A stretch of 64,000 nucleotides of DNA from positions 806,001 to 870,000 of the forward strand of contig LSRY02000011.1 of NCBI GenBank assembly GCA_001643675.2, written 5' to 3'. The notes beneath the pieces were generated by a model, which saw only the letters and a program-made list of their open reading frames with translations, did not search any database and was not told the DNA's origin. Of this stretch, positions 11,247-24,100 are shown in pieces. Numbering within the stretch: position 1 is the first letter of the stretch; each line of letters opens with the position of its first letter. A program made the position numbers and the translations under genes. The DNA comes from Monocercomonoides exilis PA203 (Eukaryota > Protista > Preaxostyla).

Positions 11247-14200
11247 GGGTGAAAATTTTTGAAAAATCACCACAGATCAAAATTATAATCCCATTAATTT
11301 TTTTAAAATTTTTTTGTTTCCATTTCAACACTCCTACAGCACTTTTATCTGTATAATGTCACATATGAACATATTTTCATAATCAAAAAAAAAGAATTTT
11401 TTTTATGAAAATTTTAAATTATTGTGATCAACAAAATTGTGTGTTTATTCAAATTGGAAAAAGGAAAAGCAAGTTGGTTTTTAATTCAATTCATTTTATC
11501 GAATGAAATAAGTGCTGGATGTTTTTCCTATTTTAAACGGATGATGTTTGTCACTTTATATTTGCAATTCATTTATATTTGAGTCTTTCTCTTATCCAGA
11601 AGGCTTATTTAGTGCGATGTTGGAATGTTCTTCATTATCGTTTATAACTTTTTGTGATAAATCTTTTGTTATGGAAAATTCCTGTTCTCATCATCAATAA
11701 TCTTATAAAAAGTATCTTTTGCGAAATAGATCGATTTTCTTTAAAAACGGAAGTGTAATTTTACAAGAATTCTCTTCTATAAGATGTCACATTCTTTTAT
11801 CTTAAAAACAAACTTTTGTTATCATGAGAAATTCTGCTTCAACAGATCGGGCTGTTTTATATTCTCATTGTTTTCAATTATTATGAAAGAGCCAAAACGA
11901 ACAGATTGCAAACTATACCTTCAATAACATGTCTGTGAACAGTGTTTTATGCATTTATAACAAATTGGAGCATTAATGCGAATCGAGATTTCCGTGGGTG
12001 GAGAGACGATTATAAATAGACTGATCAAATTATTTTTGCTCTTTCATCTTGATTCACAATCCAGACCTACGTTTCATCGGATGCTGTTTCCTTGGTCTTT
12101 TCTCCTCATGCACAATCCTGCCAAACTCCTGTGTTGAATGATACGATGTGGAATACTATCTTTGGAAATAACTGTTGTAATGATCTCATTGCATCACAAT
12201 CACGATTATCAATCAATTGTTATTTTACACCTTGCAACGACACAACTGACAATATCATCTCTTTTCCTGACTTCTTCTGGACAATGATGAATGCTTCATC
12301 AATTTCTAGGCCACATAACAGGAAAACTATTTTCACACATTTTTCAACATCATCATCTTCTTCTTCCTAATCTTCTTTTTCTTCTTTTTCTTCATCGCTT
12401 TCTTTTCATCTTTTTCTTTATTCCATTTGTTTTATTCATTAAAATGCAGTATATAACAACGCATTTTTAACGTTAATTTCATATTTATTGTTTTTTAAAT
12501 ACTGTCAATAAAAACGAAAGACAAAAGAAACATGATCCGAAAGGCGGATGAGGAAAACGAAGAAGAGAGTGAATTTTAAAGAATGAGAAAAAGATGGTAT
12601 TCAGCATGATAATGTTGATGGAAATGAATAAGTGTGGAGGTGAAATCGAAGGATCGATCTCCCAATATCCAATCGATCATTGGAGCATGATATTGATCGT
12701 AAAATCTTTTTTCTCATAACTTGTTAATGTTGTGATAAAAAAGCGGACAACAAGGCGCAGTTCCTTTCCTCTCCCTCTTCAACGGTTTTATCTTATTTTT
12801 CTTCATCACTAACTACACATTTCCATTTTGCAGCTAAAAACAGACAGTCTCTTTCATCTTGATCCTCCCTTGAAACAGCTCCACAAAATCCTTCAGCAGC
12901 CGCACTATCTAGAGCGACAAGGTCGCTCTTCCTTCTTCGCAATTCTAGATTTCACAGCGTTCGCTCATTCCCTTATAGACATACCAAATGCTCCTTCGCA
13001 AGATTGTCCAGCTCATTCTTCTGCAGCTCACGTTGTCAGTTCACCATCTTCGCAACCTCGCTCTTCTCAGACGCCTTCATGGATCCCTGCAGGTTTAGCT
13101 ACATCGCACACATGTGTCAGCTGCAGGCGTGGAGCGAAGAAACCGTTGCGCTGATAAGCTTCCCACACAAACGCAAACGACTGCAGACAGCAGCCAGATA
13201 GCATGTAAGTATCTCGGAAGATCTGCCACAGCAGCATCGTAGGTGTTTGCAGATTCTGTACGCACAGAGAGAAGAGATTCCTGCTCCGAACACATGAGCC
13301 CTCTGAACGCTGACGCCGACGATGTTTGCTGTGATGCTGATTTCGATAATGTCGATGTGTGACTGCAGCATTATGCATCATACAGTGCTTTTATCACATC
13401 CATCTGCTTAGCAGCTTCTCCTTGGCAGAAGGAGGATAGAAACTTCGAATTATCAAAAAAATCTGCATTCCTATCATTCACATTGAAAAATGCTTTTCGT
13501 CTCACTCATTAAAATTCAGGACGAAAAATACCTAACATTTCATCTTCATTTCTTGTTTCAACTGCACAACCTTCTTTTTCTCACTTTCATACTCATTTCT
13601 CTGCATCTTCTCGCTCCTCAAGGTTTTCCTCCTTGTTCTTCTGCACTTACCCACGTCTCGAGTCGAAAATTTACCGTTAAATACGTTCTGCTTCACCAAA
13701 AATACATATTTCTCACAAGGAAAAAGAAACAAGAAAAATAAACTGTTGTTCTTCGGGGTCTCATTTGTATTTGATACACACGAAAGGCTGATATCCAATA
13801 CAAATAATTACTGCATTCCACAAAAACTTATTCTCTTCATTTCTCCTCCTCCGGAAGTGTGAAGCAGATCATTGTGTTAAAATGAATGGAAAAAAAAGTA
13901 AAGAAACAACCGACCATGCAGCTAATGGTTTTTTGTATGAAAACTCTTTGAAAATATGATCAACATTTATACACACTTTCTTTTGAAATTCATTCCTTAA
14001 TGATGAAAGTGAATTTCACATTTCGATCATTAACATTTTTGGTTTTTGTTAGGAAAGATATTATTGTTTAATAGCTTTTGCAAATAAATAAAAAAGTTCA
14101 TTACTTTTTATTTTCGTCTTCTTCTTAATTCATTGGTAATATTAAAGGTGAAAATTTTAATTTCTAAATTTCAAAAAGTTGGAGATAAAAACCTTATGTT

Positions 14201-14542
14201 AGCATTATTTATTTACATAACAAATTCATTCAGATAACAGTTGTTTTGATTCAAACAAAAGAAAAGCAAAACTCATGTTATAGAAAAAATTTCACAGCAC
14301 AATAAAACTAAAATTCGTTTCAAAAAAACGTGTGGAAAAAAAAAACAAATAATCAAATTATCAAGTAATAAGCAGTCAATAACTCAATGAAAGTTAAAAA
14401 TATAAAGACGATAAATCCAATTAAATGAGAAAATGTGTTAAAAAATCTATAAAGAAATAATTACGGTCAACGAAAAAGATGTTTCGTTTTTTTGTGGGAC
14501 AGATCAGACTAAAAAAAAGTGATTTTTCAAAAATTTTCACCC
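11247..14542. mobile_element. 3.3-kb non-autonomous TIR DNA element with perfect 24-bp TIRs and putative 4-bp TSD
   Basis: GGGTGAAAATTTTTGAAAAATCAC (11247-11270) and its exact reverse complement GTGATTTTTCAAAAATTTTCACCC (14519-14542). ATTT lies immediately outside both ends. No intact ORF inside. Confidence 0.7.
12840..13440 (-). pseudogene. GC-richer decayed coding fragment inside the TIR element
   Basis: Sharp GC rise over the flanks. The minus strand gives protein-like pieces (LQSFAFVWEAYQRNGFFAPRLQL, SMKASEKSEVAKMVN*QRELQKNELDNLAKEHL, VRLLKDFVELFQGRIKMKE) broken by stops and frameshifts. Product unknown. Confidence 0.4.
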
Positions 14543-15356
14543 ATTTAAAACATAATTATAGCGACTGCGATATGTTGTCATTAGCCCAGTTTACAATAAC
14601 GTTTTTATCATACACGCGTATTTTTATTAACGGTCGAATATTGTGCAATTACAGAACTTTTAATCACAAACCAGGCAATTCACAATAAATTTATGACCTG
14701 TTTTGAATGACATTTGCTTCCAACCATTAATCGTAAAATTCTTTTATACAATTTCTTTTTTCTTGGTTTTTTCTCATTTCATTTTTTTTCAACAAGCTTT
14801 CTGAAAACTGATTTTTTATATGCAAAAAACTTTCAATATTTTCAAAAATAAAATTTTTATTAAAATATGACTTTAATGAATTACTCAAAAAATAAGTTTC
14901 AGCATCTTCAATTCGAATTGAATTTTTATCAATAAAAAATATTGAACAATACAGAGCAATACTGGCTACATAAAGCTGAAACATATTCTGAAGCATATCA
15001 GGAAAATAAAATTTATCATTTGAGTTAATTATTAAAATACCACATTATTCTGAAAATCAAATATATGTATTTTAAAAAGGGATGACACAACAACGAAATT
15101 ACTGAAATATTTAAAAGAAAACAATATTAACTTTGATTGAAAGGGCATATGCATCAGTATGATATTTGAAGAAAAAGAATGACAAGAAAAATTCCGCAAA
15201 TTCAATGAGCATCAAAGTAAGCTTCAGATAATAATTGACATGGCTAAAGAAAAAAAGATTGCCATAACCCATTTCACCGTTTCCAATTTGATCCATCTAA
15301 AATCATTTTAATAATAAATATTTAAATGATAAAATAAATAAATGAATCTTTACCAA

Positions 15357-17102
15357 CTATACAATATTAATATGAGACAAACTGTATGAAGCTCTGATAT
15401 TTTGAGCCCCGCCAGATCCAACCATCGCAACAGGAATTCCTCCAGCACGAGTTGAACTGAAAGGAGGAAGAACAAAAGTGCCATCTCCAGCACCACTTCC
15501 GCTTATGCCAGAAGAAGAAGAAGATGATGATGACGACGAAACGAACGAATATGATTGAGACACATCAACCTCTCCTCGCTTCTTTTTGCCTCTGCTTTCG
15601 TTTTCTCTTCCACGTTCAGTCAACGAGCCCAGCCCAAACGACTGCTTCTTCCCCACTCCACTTCCTCCTCCGCTTCCGCCCCCCATCCCCAAACCCAACC
15701 CCATGCCCATTCCTTCTGACTCGCCATACACTTCTCTTCCACCTCCCACACCACCTCCGCCTCTCGTTCCTCGTGCTGTTCTCCTTGGCGATGCTATCGT
15801 CATGATTGACCGCTCTGTCTTGTCCCCACGCTCTCCTTGTGCAGCTCCCCGCGTCGAACCCCGCGGCGTGCCTATTACTCCAGTGCGCTCGCTCTTCTCC
15901 CTCGCCATCGAAAGCGACGGAATGTTCATTCCTGAATACGCGCCTTGCCCAATCAGCGACGACTTCATAGAAAGTGATGCTGTGGACGCTGTGACAGATG
16001 ATGAAGGACCTGTTGGAGGAAGCTGTGATACATACGACGAGCGGAATGATTGCTGCGTTTGATACTGCTGCGACCCAACCCCGCTGCTTCCAAAAGACTG
16101 GCCCGACGCCGTCTGCACAGGAGAAGACGACTGATTAGGCACAATGACTGAAAAAGAAGGTGAAGTGGCTGTCTGCCCTATCAGCACTTTGCCTGTTTGT
16201 GTGGTGTGTTTCGGAGTCGGACGAGAGCCTTTTCGTTCTGCGGTGGCCAAACCGTCTCTCGGTGGCTGTGGTGGAGGAAGATAATGGCCAGAATAAGTGG
16301 GTTGGTCAGATCGCTCATTGCAATTATTGTTTGCTGTTGAAGAAGAAGAAGAAGATGATGATGACGAAGAAGATGTGCTTGAACTTGAAGAAGAAGAAGA
16401 AGAAGATACAAACACAGAAGGCGAATCTACATCTGCGGTTCTCACTTGCCCGCCTGATGCATTGACAGCTGTCTGTGAAGAAGACGTTGTCGAAGAAATC
16501 GACGACAGATTCACAGTGTTCTGTGCCGTCTTTCGCGGAGTCGTTGCCACAGTGGAGATAGTTGAGGAGAACGTTGACTGGCTGAATCCTCCTCCTATCG
16601 AAGTGGTCTGAGCATTTGAAGCAGAAGAGGAAGGAGACGAGAATGTCGAAGACTCTGTCGATGAAGTGGAAGTGGATGGTGCAATGCCAGTGGCTGAAGG
16701 GAGCTTGTTAGACGTGGTGATGGAAGACGTGGAGGATGTGTGAGGGTTTGTGGTGGATGAGGAAATAGAAGAAGAAGAAGATGATGATGATAATGAAGCA
16801 TATGAATTTGACATTGTGGATGGTTTTGATGATGTTGAAGAAGACGTGAAAGTGGCAGGTGGAAGAGCGGTGTGTGGGTGCAGGCTGTATGCTGCTGATG
16901 CACGATATGATCGTGATGGGTCAGCTGTTGAAGGGCCAAGATGAGACTTTTATTAAAGTTCATAACAGAAAACAATAAATATTATTATAGTAATAATGAA
17001 TAAAAAGTGAATAAATTAAATACAGGAATAAAAATATTGAAAAATTATTAAAAAAGAAGAAAACAAATATTAATTAAATGTTAACAACAACAACAACAAC
17101 AA

Positions 17103-17155
<53 letters not shown>

Positions 17156-18596
17156 ACTGTAAAAATAATAAACATACTCCAATTATCCAAGGGTGCTGCA
17201 TGGCCTGGTCAGGCTTAAACCTGTCTTTTGGATTCCATCTTAAGCATCCCTCCACAAACGAGATAAACAGCGGATCTGCTCCCCGCAGCACGCTCTGCAG
17301 ATCCTTCGAGTTAGGCCTGCGCCTTTTCCCCTGTGAGTTCGGCACAATTCTCGGGTTGTTGTGCGAGTCGAAGAAGTGCTTCTTTCTCGAAGATTGCTCA
17401 ATCAGCTGAATGGGAGGGACACCAATAACCTCCATGATGCACGCCAGCTGCTCCACCTCGTCTTCGCCAGGAAATATCGGGTAACCCGTAAACAGCTCAC
17501 ACAAAATACACCCCAATGACCACATGTCAATTGCGCAGTCGTAGCCAAACCCCAATATCACCTCGGGCGCTCGATAAAAACGTGACTGAATATACGAATA
17601 GATTCGCTCGTTCACAAAGCATGACGAGCCGAAGTCGATAACCTTGATGCCTGATTTGTTTGGGTTCTTGAGAAGAATGTTTTCTGGCTTCAGATCACAG
17701 TGAATGATGCGATGTTTGTAGAGATAAGACAAAGATTGCAGAATTTGAATTGCAAAGCGTCGAATAAGTGATGTGGATAGTGATACAAAGTTAGCCTCCT
17801 TCATGAACTCATACAAGTTTATTGATAGCAGCTCGAAAGTCAAACACAAATGCCCACGAAAATAGAAGAAATCATACATTCTAACGTTATTCATTCTATC
17901 TTCTGGATCGTTGTCCCTGATATATTCTAAAAGCTTAACTTCCACAAGGCCTTGCCGATGAAATCGTTTTTTGTTTCTAATGACCTTCAATGCGCAATAA
18001 GTGTTATGCTTATGGTCCAGAACCCTTACACATTGCCCAAACGATCCTTTTCCAAGTACTTCCACAATCTCATATCGATAAAGCACATGATCATTAAGAT
18101 ACATTCTATAATCACCATTTTCATCATCATATCCACAATTATTTGCATGAGCAGGATTTGCATGAATTTTCTTTTTTGAACGTTGACCGAAATAAAACAC
18201 TTGCGGAAACTCAAGAATTTCACCGTGCTCATACAGCGTCAAATCACGAGCAAAATGCTTTAAAACGAATGTAGGCTTCATTGGGCCTTTCGCTTCAGGT
18301 GTTTGTGATTGTGTATTTGGAGACGCAGGCTGAGAAATTAATCGAGAAAGGCTTGGCGACTGGCGAGGTGTTGAAACAGCTGTTACTGCAGGAGACGAAG
18401 CTAATTACATTAACAACAATATATAAAAAAGTTTGAAGAATTTTATAGTTTATTGTGAAGATTGAAGTGCATGAAAAGAAATATCAATTATTATCGAACA
18501 TTTTACATTTGTCATAAGCACAGCCGAATTCTGTTCTGCTGATGTGTAATCATGAGCGTAATTATTAATAGCAACTCTTGTTCCAGAATCCGCCAT
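15357..18596 (-). CDS. DYRK2: Dual-specificity tyrosine-phosphorylation-regulated kinase, class 2 (DYRK2-like), with long Ser/Gly-rich C-terminal tail; ~969 aa, 3 exons
   Basis: DH box NCGYDDENGDY, GKGSFGQC, ALKVIRNKKRFHRQG, HCDLKPENILL, DFGSSC, and YxY activation loop IYSYIQSRFYRAPE. Exons 18596-18500, 18400-17178 and 16946-15357 are joined by phase-compatible GT-AG introns. Confidence 0.9.
17085..17154. repeat. (AAC)n microsatellite plus A49 tract within DYRK intron 2
   Basis: Directly visible. It explains the poly-F/poly-L end of ORF 17070-18281. Confidence 0.9.
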
Positions 18597-18803
18597 GATT
18601 CCCCTTGAATTCTTATTTGAAAATTTTTATTGAAAACGAATACCCATACTTATATCATCAACATTTAAAATACCAAAATTTCAAAGTGTAAAAATTATTC
18701 TCGGTGAATTCTACAGTTTATTTAAGTCAAGGATTTAATAAAAACAATTTTTTATTGACAGAAATTCATTCATTGGTACAAAAAAAATAAATTTATAAAA
18801 ATG

Positions 18804-20943
18804 TTATTTTTTGCTTTCTTCTTCCCATCCTTCTTCAGTCTTCCACACCCCTTCTTCTTTATGATCCTTATTCTTTTCTTTCTCTTTTGGAATTGTTCCC
18901 TCAAGTTTACCTTTTACATTCATCCAACAACGATGAAAGTCTTCTTTCATCATGAGAGTTGAATCAACTTTTAGCATTTCTTCCATGTCTGCTTTTGCTT
19001 CTTCGTCTCTATCAACCATCGCATACAGAAGCTGCCTGTTATGAAGTGCCTTCATCCGATAGCGTTGCCTCAGATATCGCAGCCCCAGCGCTTCCGTGCA
19101 CGCTTTAATCCCCTTTTCGATTGGAGTCTCTTTGAATTCCTCAACAACTTTCGCCAGTTTCACACAGCACACAGCAACGTTTGTCAGAATCACTTCCTTG
19201 GCTGCACACACACACTCCTGGACGCTGTGATAAAGCTCTGTTTTTTCTGGGGTTGGCAGATCTTTCGGGTGAAGTGGCTTTTGCATTTGATTGGCTTTTG
19301 ATTCAGTTGCTTCATCTTTGTCATTCTTTTGCTTGTCTTCATCCTGCTCCTCTTCTTTTGTCCTTTCGCGCTGGAGTTTGTAGTATTCGTTTCTTTCCTT
19401 TCTGAGCTTCTTTATTTTATCATAGTACTCCTTCCATTCATCTCCGCACCACAGCTCCCAGTTGTCAAACATCCTCATTGCTTTGTAATATGATGCAAGT
19501 GCTTTGCGTGGGGCTGTGTCAATTTGCTTGTTCCCTGCGTCTTTCTCAACCCGGGCAGCAATAAGTGCATCTCTCAATGTGATGTCCTTTGGCAGCACAA
19601 CAGAAGGAACGAAGTCATTGTCACTTGAATGTGAAGGATCAGAAGGATCTGAAGAAGAAGATGATGAAGCCACATCTTCTGAATTCTCCTCTGATTCTTT
19701 TTTCTCCTTCTTCATTGTCGAGTCTGGCTCAGTCAACACGCCAATATGTGGAATCCAGTCAACAAGCTTTATTTTGAATGTGATCCATTTGTCTCTCTCT
19801 TCTTCTGGGTATTCACCTCCATTTCCGATGGACTCATAAGCAAGCGACGGACTCACAATAAACAGAGACTCTTCGCCTTTCCTCATTCCTTCAACCAACT
19901 GCATGATAAGTTCAGTGATGCAGTCTGAGCCTCGAATCGGCTTGCCCAGGTATCCTGCTGATGTGGACATTGAAACTGAAGAAGAGGAAGAAGATGATGA
20001 TGAGTTTTTGTCGAAATGTCTTGGAGGTTGAACGTATTTGACAACTTCATCTTTTCCAATCGTGAAAATTAACCGCCTTGATGAAGTGAAGAACTCGGTA
20101 AGATGAATGAACACCTCAGAAAATGGCGTAGGCATACGCGGATCGCTGAATTGGCAGCGGAATGCCTTTGCAGTGAATAGTTCGCTCGTTTTGATTGCTG
20201 ATGACTCCGGCGGAGTTGCTATTTGAGCTCCTGGTATCAACACTCTCTTCAATACGCTACCATCTCCGGTGTACAATTCGTATCCGCGAGGGAGATATAC
20301 TGGAGATTGAACAAACATGTCAAATCCGAAGCTATCACTTGTTATAACATCTTTTGACGAAGATGAAGTGGATGATGAAGATTCATGTTCATCAGAAGAA
20401 GTAGAAAGCCCCCGAAGTTTAGCAAGAGCACTTTTCACATATTTTTCATTAGAATAAGTTTCTTCAAATTCTTTTGTAAATTCATCTTCTTCAACACCAG
20501 CTGCATCAATCAAATCTTTTTCATCCACAGTTCTGAACAACTCGCCTTTGGCAGAAGTTATCCCTGTAAATGGAGTAATTCTTTTTACTCGAAACTCTGG
20601 TTGATCATCGACTTGCAAAACTTTGGACTTCTTTAAGATCTGGAAAAAAGTTAAACAGATTAATTTTTATCTCCAAAAACTGAAGGAAAAACAAAGAGGC
20701 ATACGTTAAATACTTCTTGTGCATCAGTTGTTATTGAATGAAGTTTTGGATAACTTATGAGTTTTGATATTGTTATCCATCCTGGAAAGAAAGTAATAAA
20801 GAAATTCAAATATTAAAAATCAAACCATCGTTATTTTTCAAAATATCCATTGTAAATTCATCCTTTGCGAGATTTTTATCTCCTAAATAATGTTCCACAA
20901 GAGACAAAATGTCTTCTTCTCTCAAAACATCAGAATTACTCAT
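18804..20943 (-). CDS. La motif - FKBP-type domain - TPR fusion protein; ~676 aa, 3 exons
   Basis: Exons 20943-20826, 20781-20705 and 20639-18804 (introns 44 and 65 nt, GT-AG, phases 1 and 0). Spliced N-terminus MSNSDVLREEDILSLVEHYLGDKNLAKDEFTMDILKNNDGWITISKLISYPKLHSITTDAQEVFNILKKSKVLQVDDQPEFRVKRITPF is a La motif. FKBP motifs: GDGSVLKRVLIPG, GMRKGEESLFIVSPSLAY, ITFKIKLVDW. TPR motifs: EKDAGN..ALASYYKA, LTNVAVCCVKL, KALHNR..EAKADMEEMLKVD. Confidence 0.85.
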
Positions 20944-21100
20944 ATGTGACAAAAATTATGTGAAAAAGATCAGAATAATGAAATAAGTTTTTATTTTTTC
21001 TTTTTTCAAAGCAATAATTCACAAAAATACAAAAATACGACAAAACATAAAACACTATAGATATAAAATTTATTAAACAAATTTGGATTTATACATATAT

Positions 21101-24100
21101 TTACCAAGTTAAAATGCAATCTTCATCATCCAGCAACATTGCCTTCATCCTATCATAGTCACATGTCCGAGCATAACTCACCATCTTTCCCCATATTGTA
21201 TTGTTATCTAATTCTTCGTATTCTCTAATGAAGTTCAGCATCAGCTCCTGTGTTATGCTCCCTGGTGTATTGTGTATCTGTACATCCAGCCCGCTCCTCG
21301 ACATCAGCCAGAATATCTTCACCAGCTCTTCGCAGTCATCAGCAGGCGCATACGGCAGCACATGTTCTTTCACCGTCGCCTGGAGCTCCTGCATCCGCGT
21401 TGACAGGTAGTGCACGGTGCCTCCCGATATCACCGCCTCGTTCGCAGGCACTGACCTGCCGAAGTCGATGATGAACGCCTCTTCCTTCGCTGTCCCTTCT
21501 TGCAGCAGCACAAGATGATCCATTCGAATGTTCCTGTGCACTCTGTGCTGTGCGTGCATCACCTGCAGCATGGTAATCATATCGAACATGTGCTTCCCCA
21601 AGTGCGGCGACGTCCACGGCCACGACTTGCCCACCGGTGCACACACAAGAATGCGGTTCAGCTCTTCCCAGCAGACAAACGAATTGGCATGGGGCACACC
21701 CGAATCCATCATTGTCTGCAGCACAATGATTTCATTCATCAGCTCCTCTGTCTTCGCATCCATGTACACTTTGAACGAGCAAGGAACCATCGTCCCGCTC
21801 TCGTGAACCTGCTTGCGAAGCCAAGAAAGCGAAGACGTCTGCATCTCCGTTGGTTTTTCCTCTTTCCCTTCTTCTCTTTCTTCTTTTTCTTCATTGCCAT
21901 TTTTGTTCTTATTCTTCTTCTTTTTCTCCTCCACCTCACCAACTAAACAATAGCTCTTCTTCCCATACCCCACAATATCTACAAACGTAAACCTAAGCCC
22001 ACACAGCTCACACCGAGGAATATACCCAAAGAAAGACGGTGGCTGATTCAAAATCCACGAAAAATTCGCAAAGCTCGTCTCATCACTAAAAGGCCTCTGC
22101 GATCCATACACAACCGCACACGCGTTTCTGTGTCTATAAGCCACAAACACCTGATAGTAGAACGGGGTCATGGCGATGGTGACGGCGTAGTAGCGCCACG
22201 ACTGCTGCTGCAGGAAGCGCTGGGCGTGGCTGACGGCCTCGGCTGTCTGCTCGGCCGTGAGCTTCTTGCGGCTGGCGATGTAATAGTCGCTGATGTCATC
22301 AGTGGTGGATGGGATTGACTGGAGCATTGAATGGGTCAATGTGTGTGTGCGGCAGGTGTGTGTGCGAGGAGGGAGTGGGGTGGAGGAGAAGAGGGAGCTT
22401 ACTTTGGGGATTGGGCGATCAGGAGAAATGGAAGGAGAAGGAGAGGAAGAAGGAGAGGAAGAGGAAGATGATGGAGAAGGAGAAGAAGAATTTGCTGGAG
22501 TTGCAGGTGAAGGTTTTGTGACCATTTTTGAGAGTATCTGACGCTGCTGCCGAGATGTGGATGGAATTCGGATGGGTATTTTGGCGTTGTGTCCCAGAGG
22601 TGAAAGATCGAAGTCAAAAACTGTGATTTCTTTCTTCTGCTCTTCAAGCTTTTTGATTTTCCGCCATTCTTCGTCTCCAAACTTCTCTGCTGTTGATGAA
22701 GAAGAATGTGAAGAAGTTTTTTCATCATTTTCACAACTTTCACAATTCTCTTTTTTCTCCTCATTCTTCATCTCTTTCTCTTTCTCCTCTTTCTTCTCCC
22801 CTCTCTTCCTCTTTGTCTTCGTCCAGAAGAAGTCAAAAATCGTCACATGATCCCTCGATCCACCTAATCCACCTGAGCATGGCTCAATCGACGCCACAAG
22901 TGTTGGCGTGAAGTTTCCAATGAAGATTCCGACTTCAGAGCAGATGCTGAGATACAAATGGCCATACGGCTGAGATGTTACGCACATTGGACGGTTGGCG
23001 GCTGTGAGGGAGCTGAGGGATGGCTTAGAGGAAGAAGAGGAAGAGGGAGAAGAGGATAAGTTAGAAGAAGAAGATGAAGAAGACATAGACGAAGAGTAAG
23101 AAGGCAAAGGAGAAGAAGTCACTGAATTTGAAGGAGAAGAGGAAGAAGGTGTATTTGACTTTGGCAAAGCTGGAGAATGTGGTAAAGACGCATTCACAGG
23201 CCCAACTGATGATGATGACTGCAGAGCAGCAGAAGCAACCTGATCAATCAGCTGAGGAACAGTCGGCTGCTGTTGAAGCTGAAGTTGCTGTTGCTGATAC
23301 TGCTGCTGTTTTTGATTCAACAAGCCAACCGACCCATTCGAAAAAGCAGCGCTTCCATTTGCCTGTGCAAAGTGGTTCTTCACAAAGGGGACGCTGTGTG
23401 ACTCGAACCACTTGCTCTGCTCAGACGGCGTTTTCAAGGCGAAAGAAGAAGGAAGCAGATCAACTGGCAGAGGAGAAGGCTCAGAACGAGCAAAGGAAGA
23501 AAGCGGAAGAGAAGGAGAATCTGCGCCTTTTGTTTTTAAATTGAGAGATTCGTCCAGTTGGAAGAGGGGGATGTACGTTGGGTTGTACTTGATGGTGTTT
23601 TGGATAGGAGCTGGGTTTGGATTTGTTGCTTGTTTCTTTGAGGTGTCCTTTTTGTGCTTTGAAGAAGAAGAAGAGGAAGAAGAGGCTTTTGAACTGCCTA
23701 CACCTTCAAACCGAGAGCGATCAGCTTTTCTGTCTGGCAGAATCTTTGAGAGAAGAGAGGATAAAGGCGAAGCATTGCCAGACTTATTGCTGTTGTCACT
23801 GGAATCTGAGGAAGAAAAGGAAGAGGAAGAGGAAGAAGAAGAAGAAGCAGAAACAGAAGGCAGTGATAGCAAGCTCTTCTTCTTTGACCCCCACTGTTTC
23901 GACGACGGTGATGAGATGCCATCAAAAGGCGACACTTTGCTGTGTGAGCTGCTTGTCTGCTGGATTCTTCTGTCTCTTCTCGATTTGCTTGCTCCTTCAG
24001 CTAAGTTATTACTACCACAACTGCCACTGCCATTGCCACTTCCGCTGCTTCTTCTGAGGTGCTCTGGCAGATCGTCTTCAGACGCGACGGTGAAGTTTGT

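Noticed and set aside
15357-16814. Separate 485-aa Ser-rich gene (likewise ORFs 29710-30117, 49786-50121 and 53060-53770)
   Set aside because: Each joins a neighbouring ORF through phase-compatible GT-AG introns.
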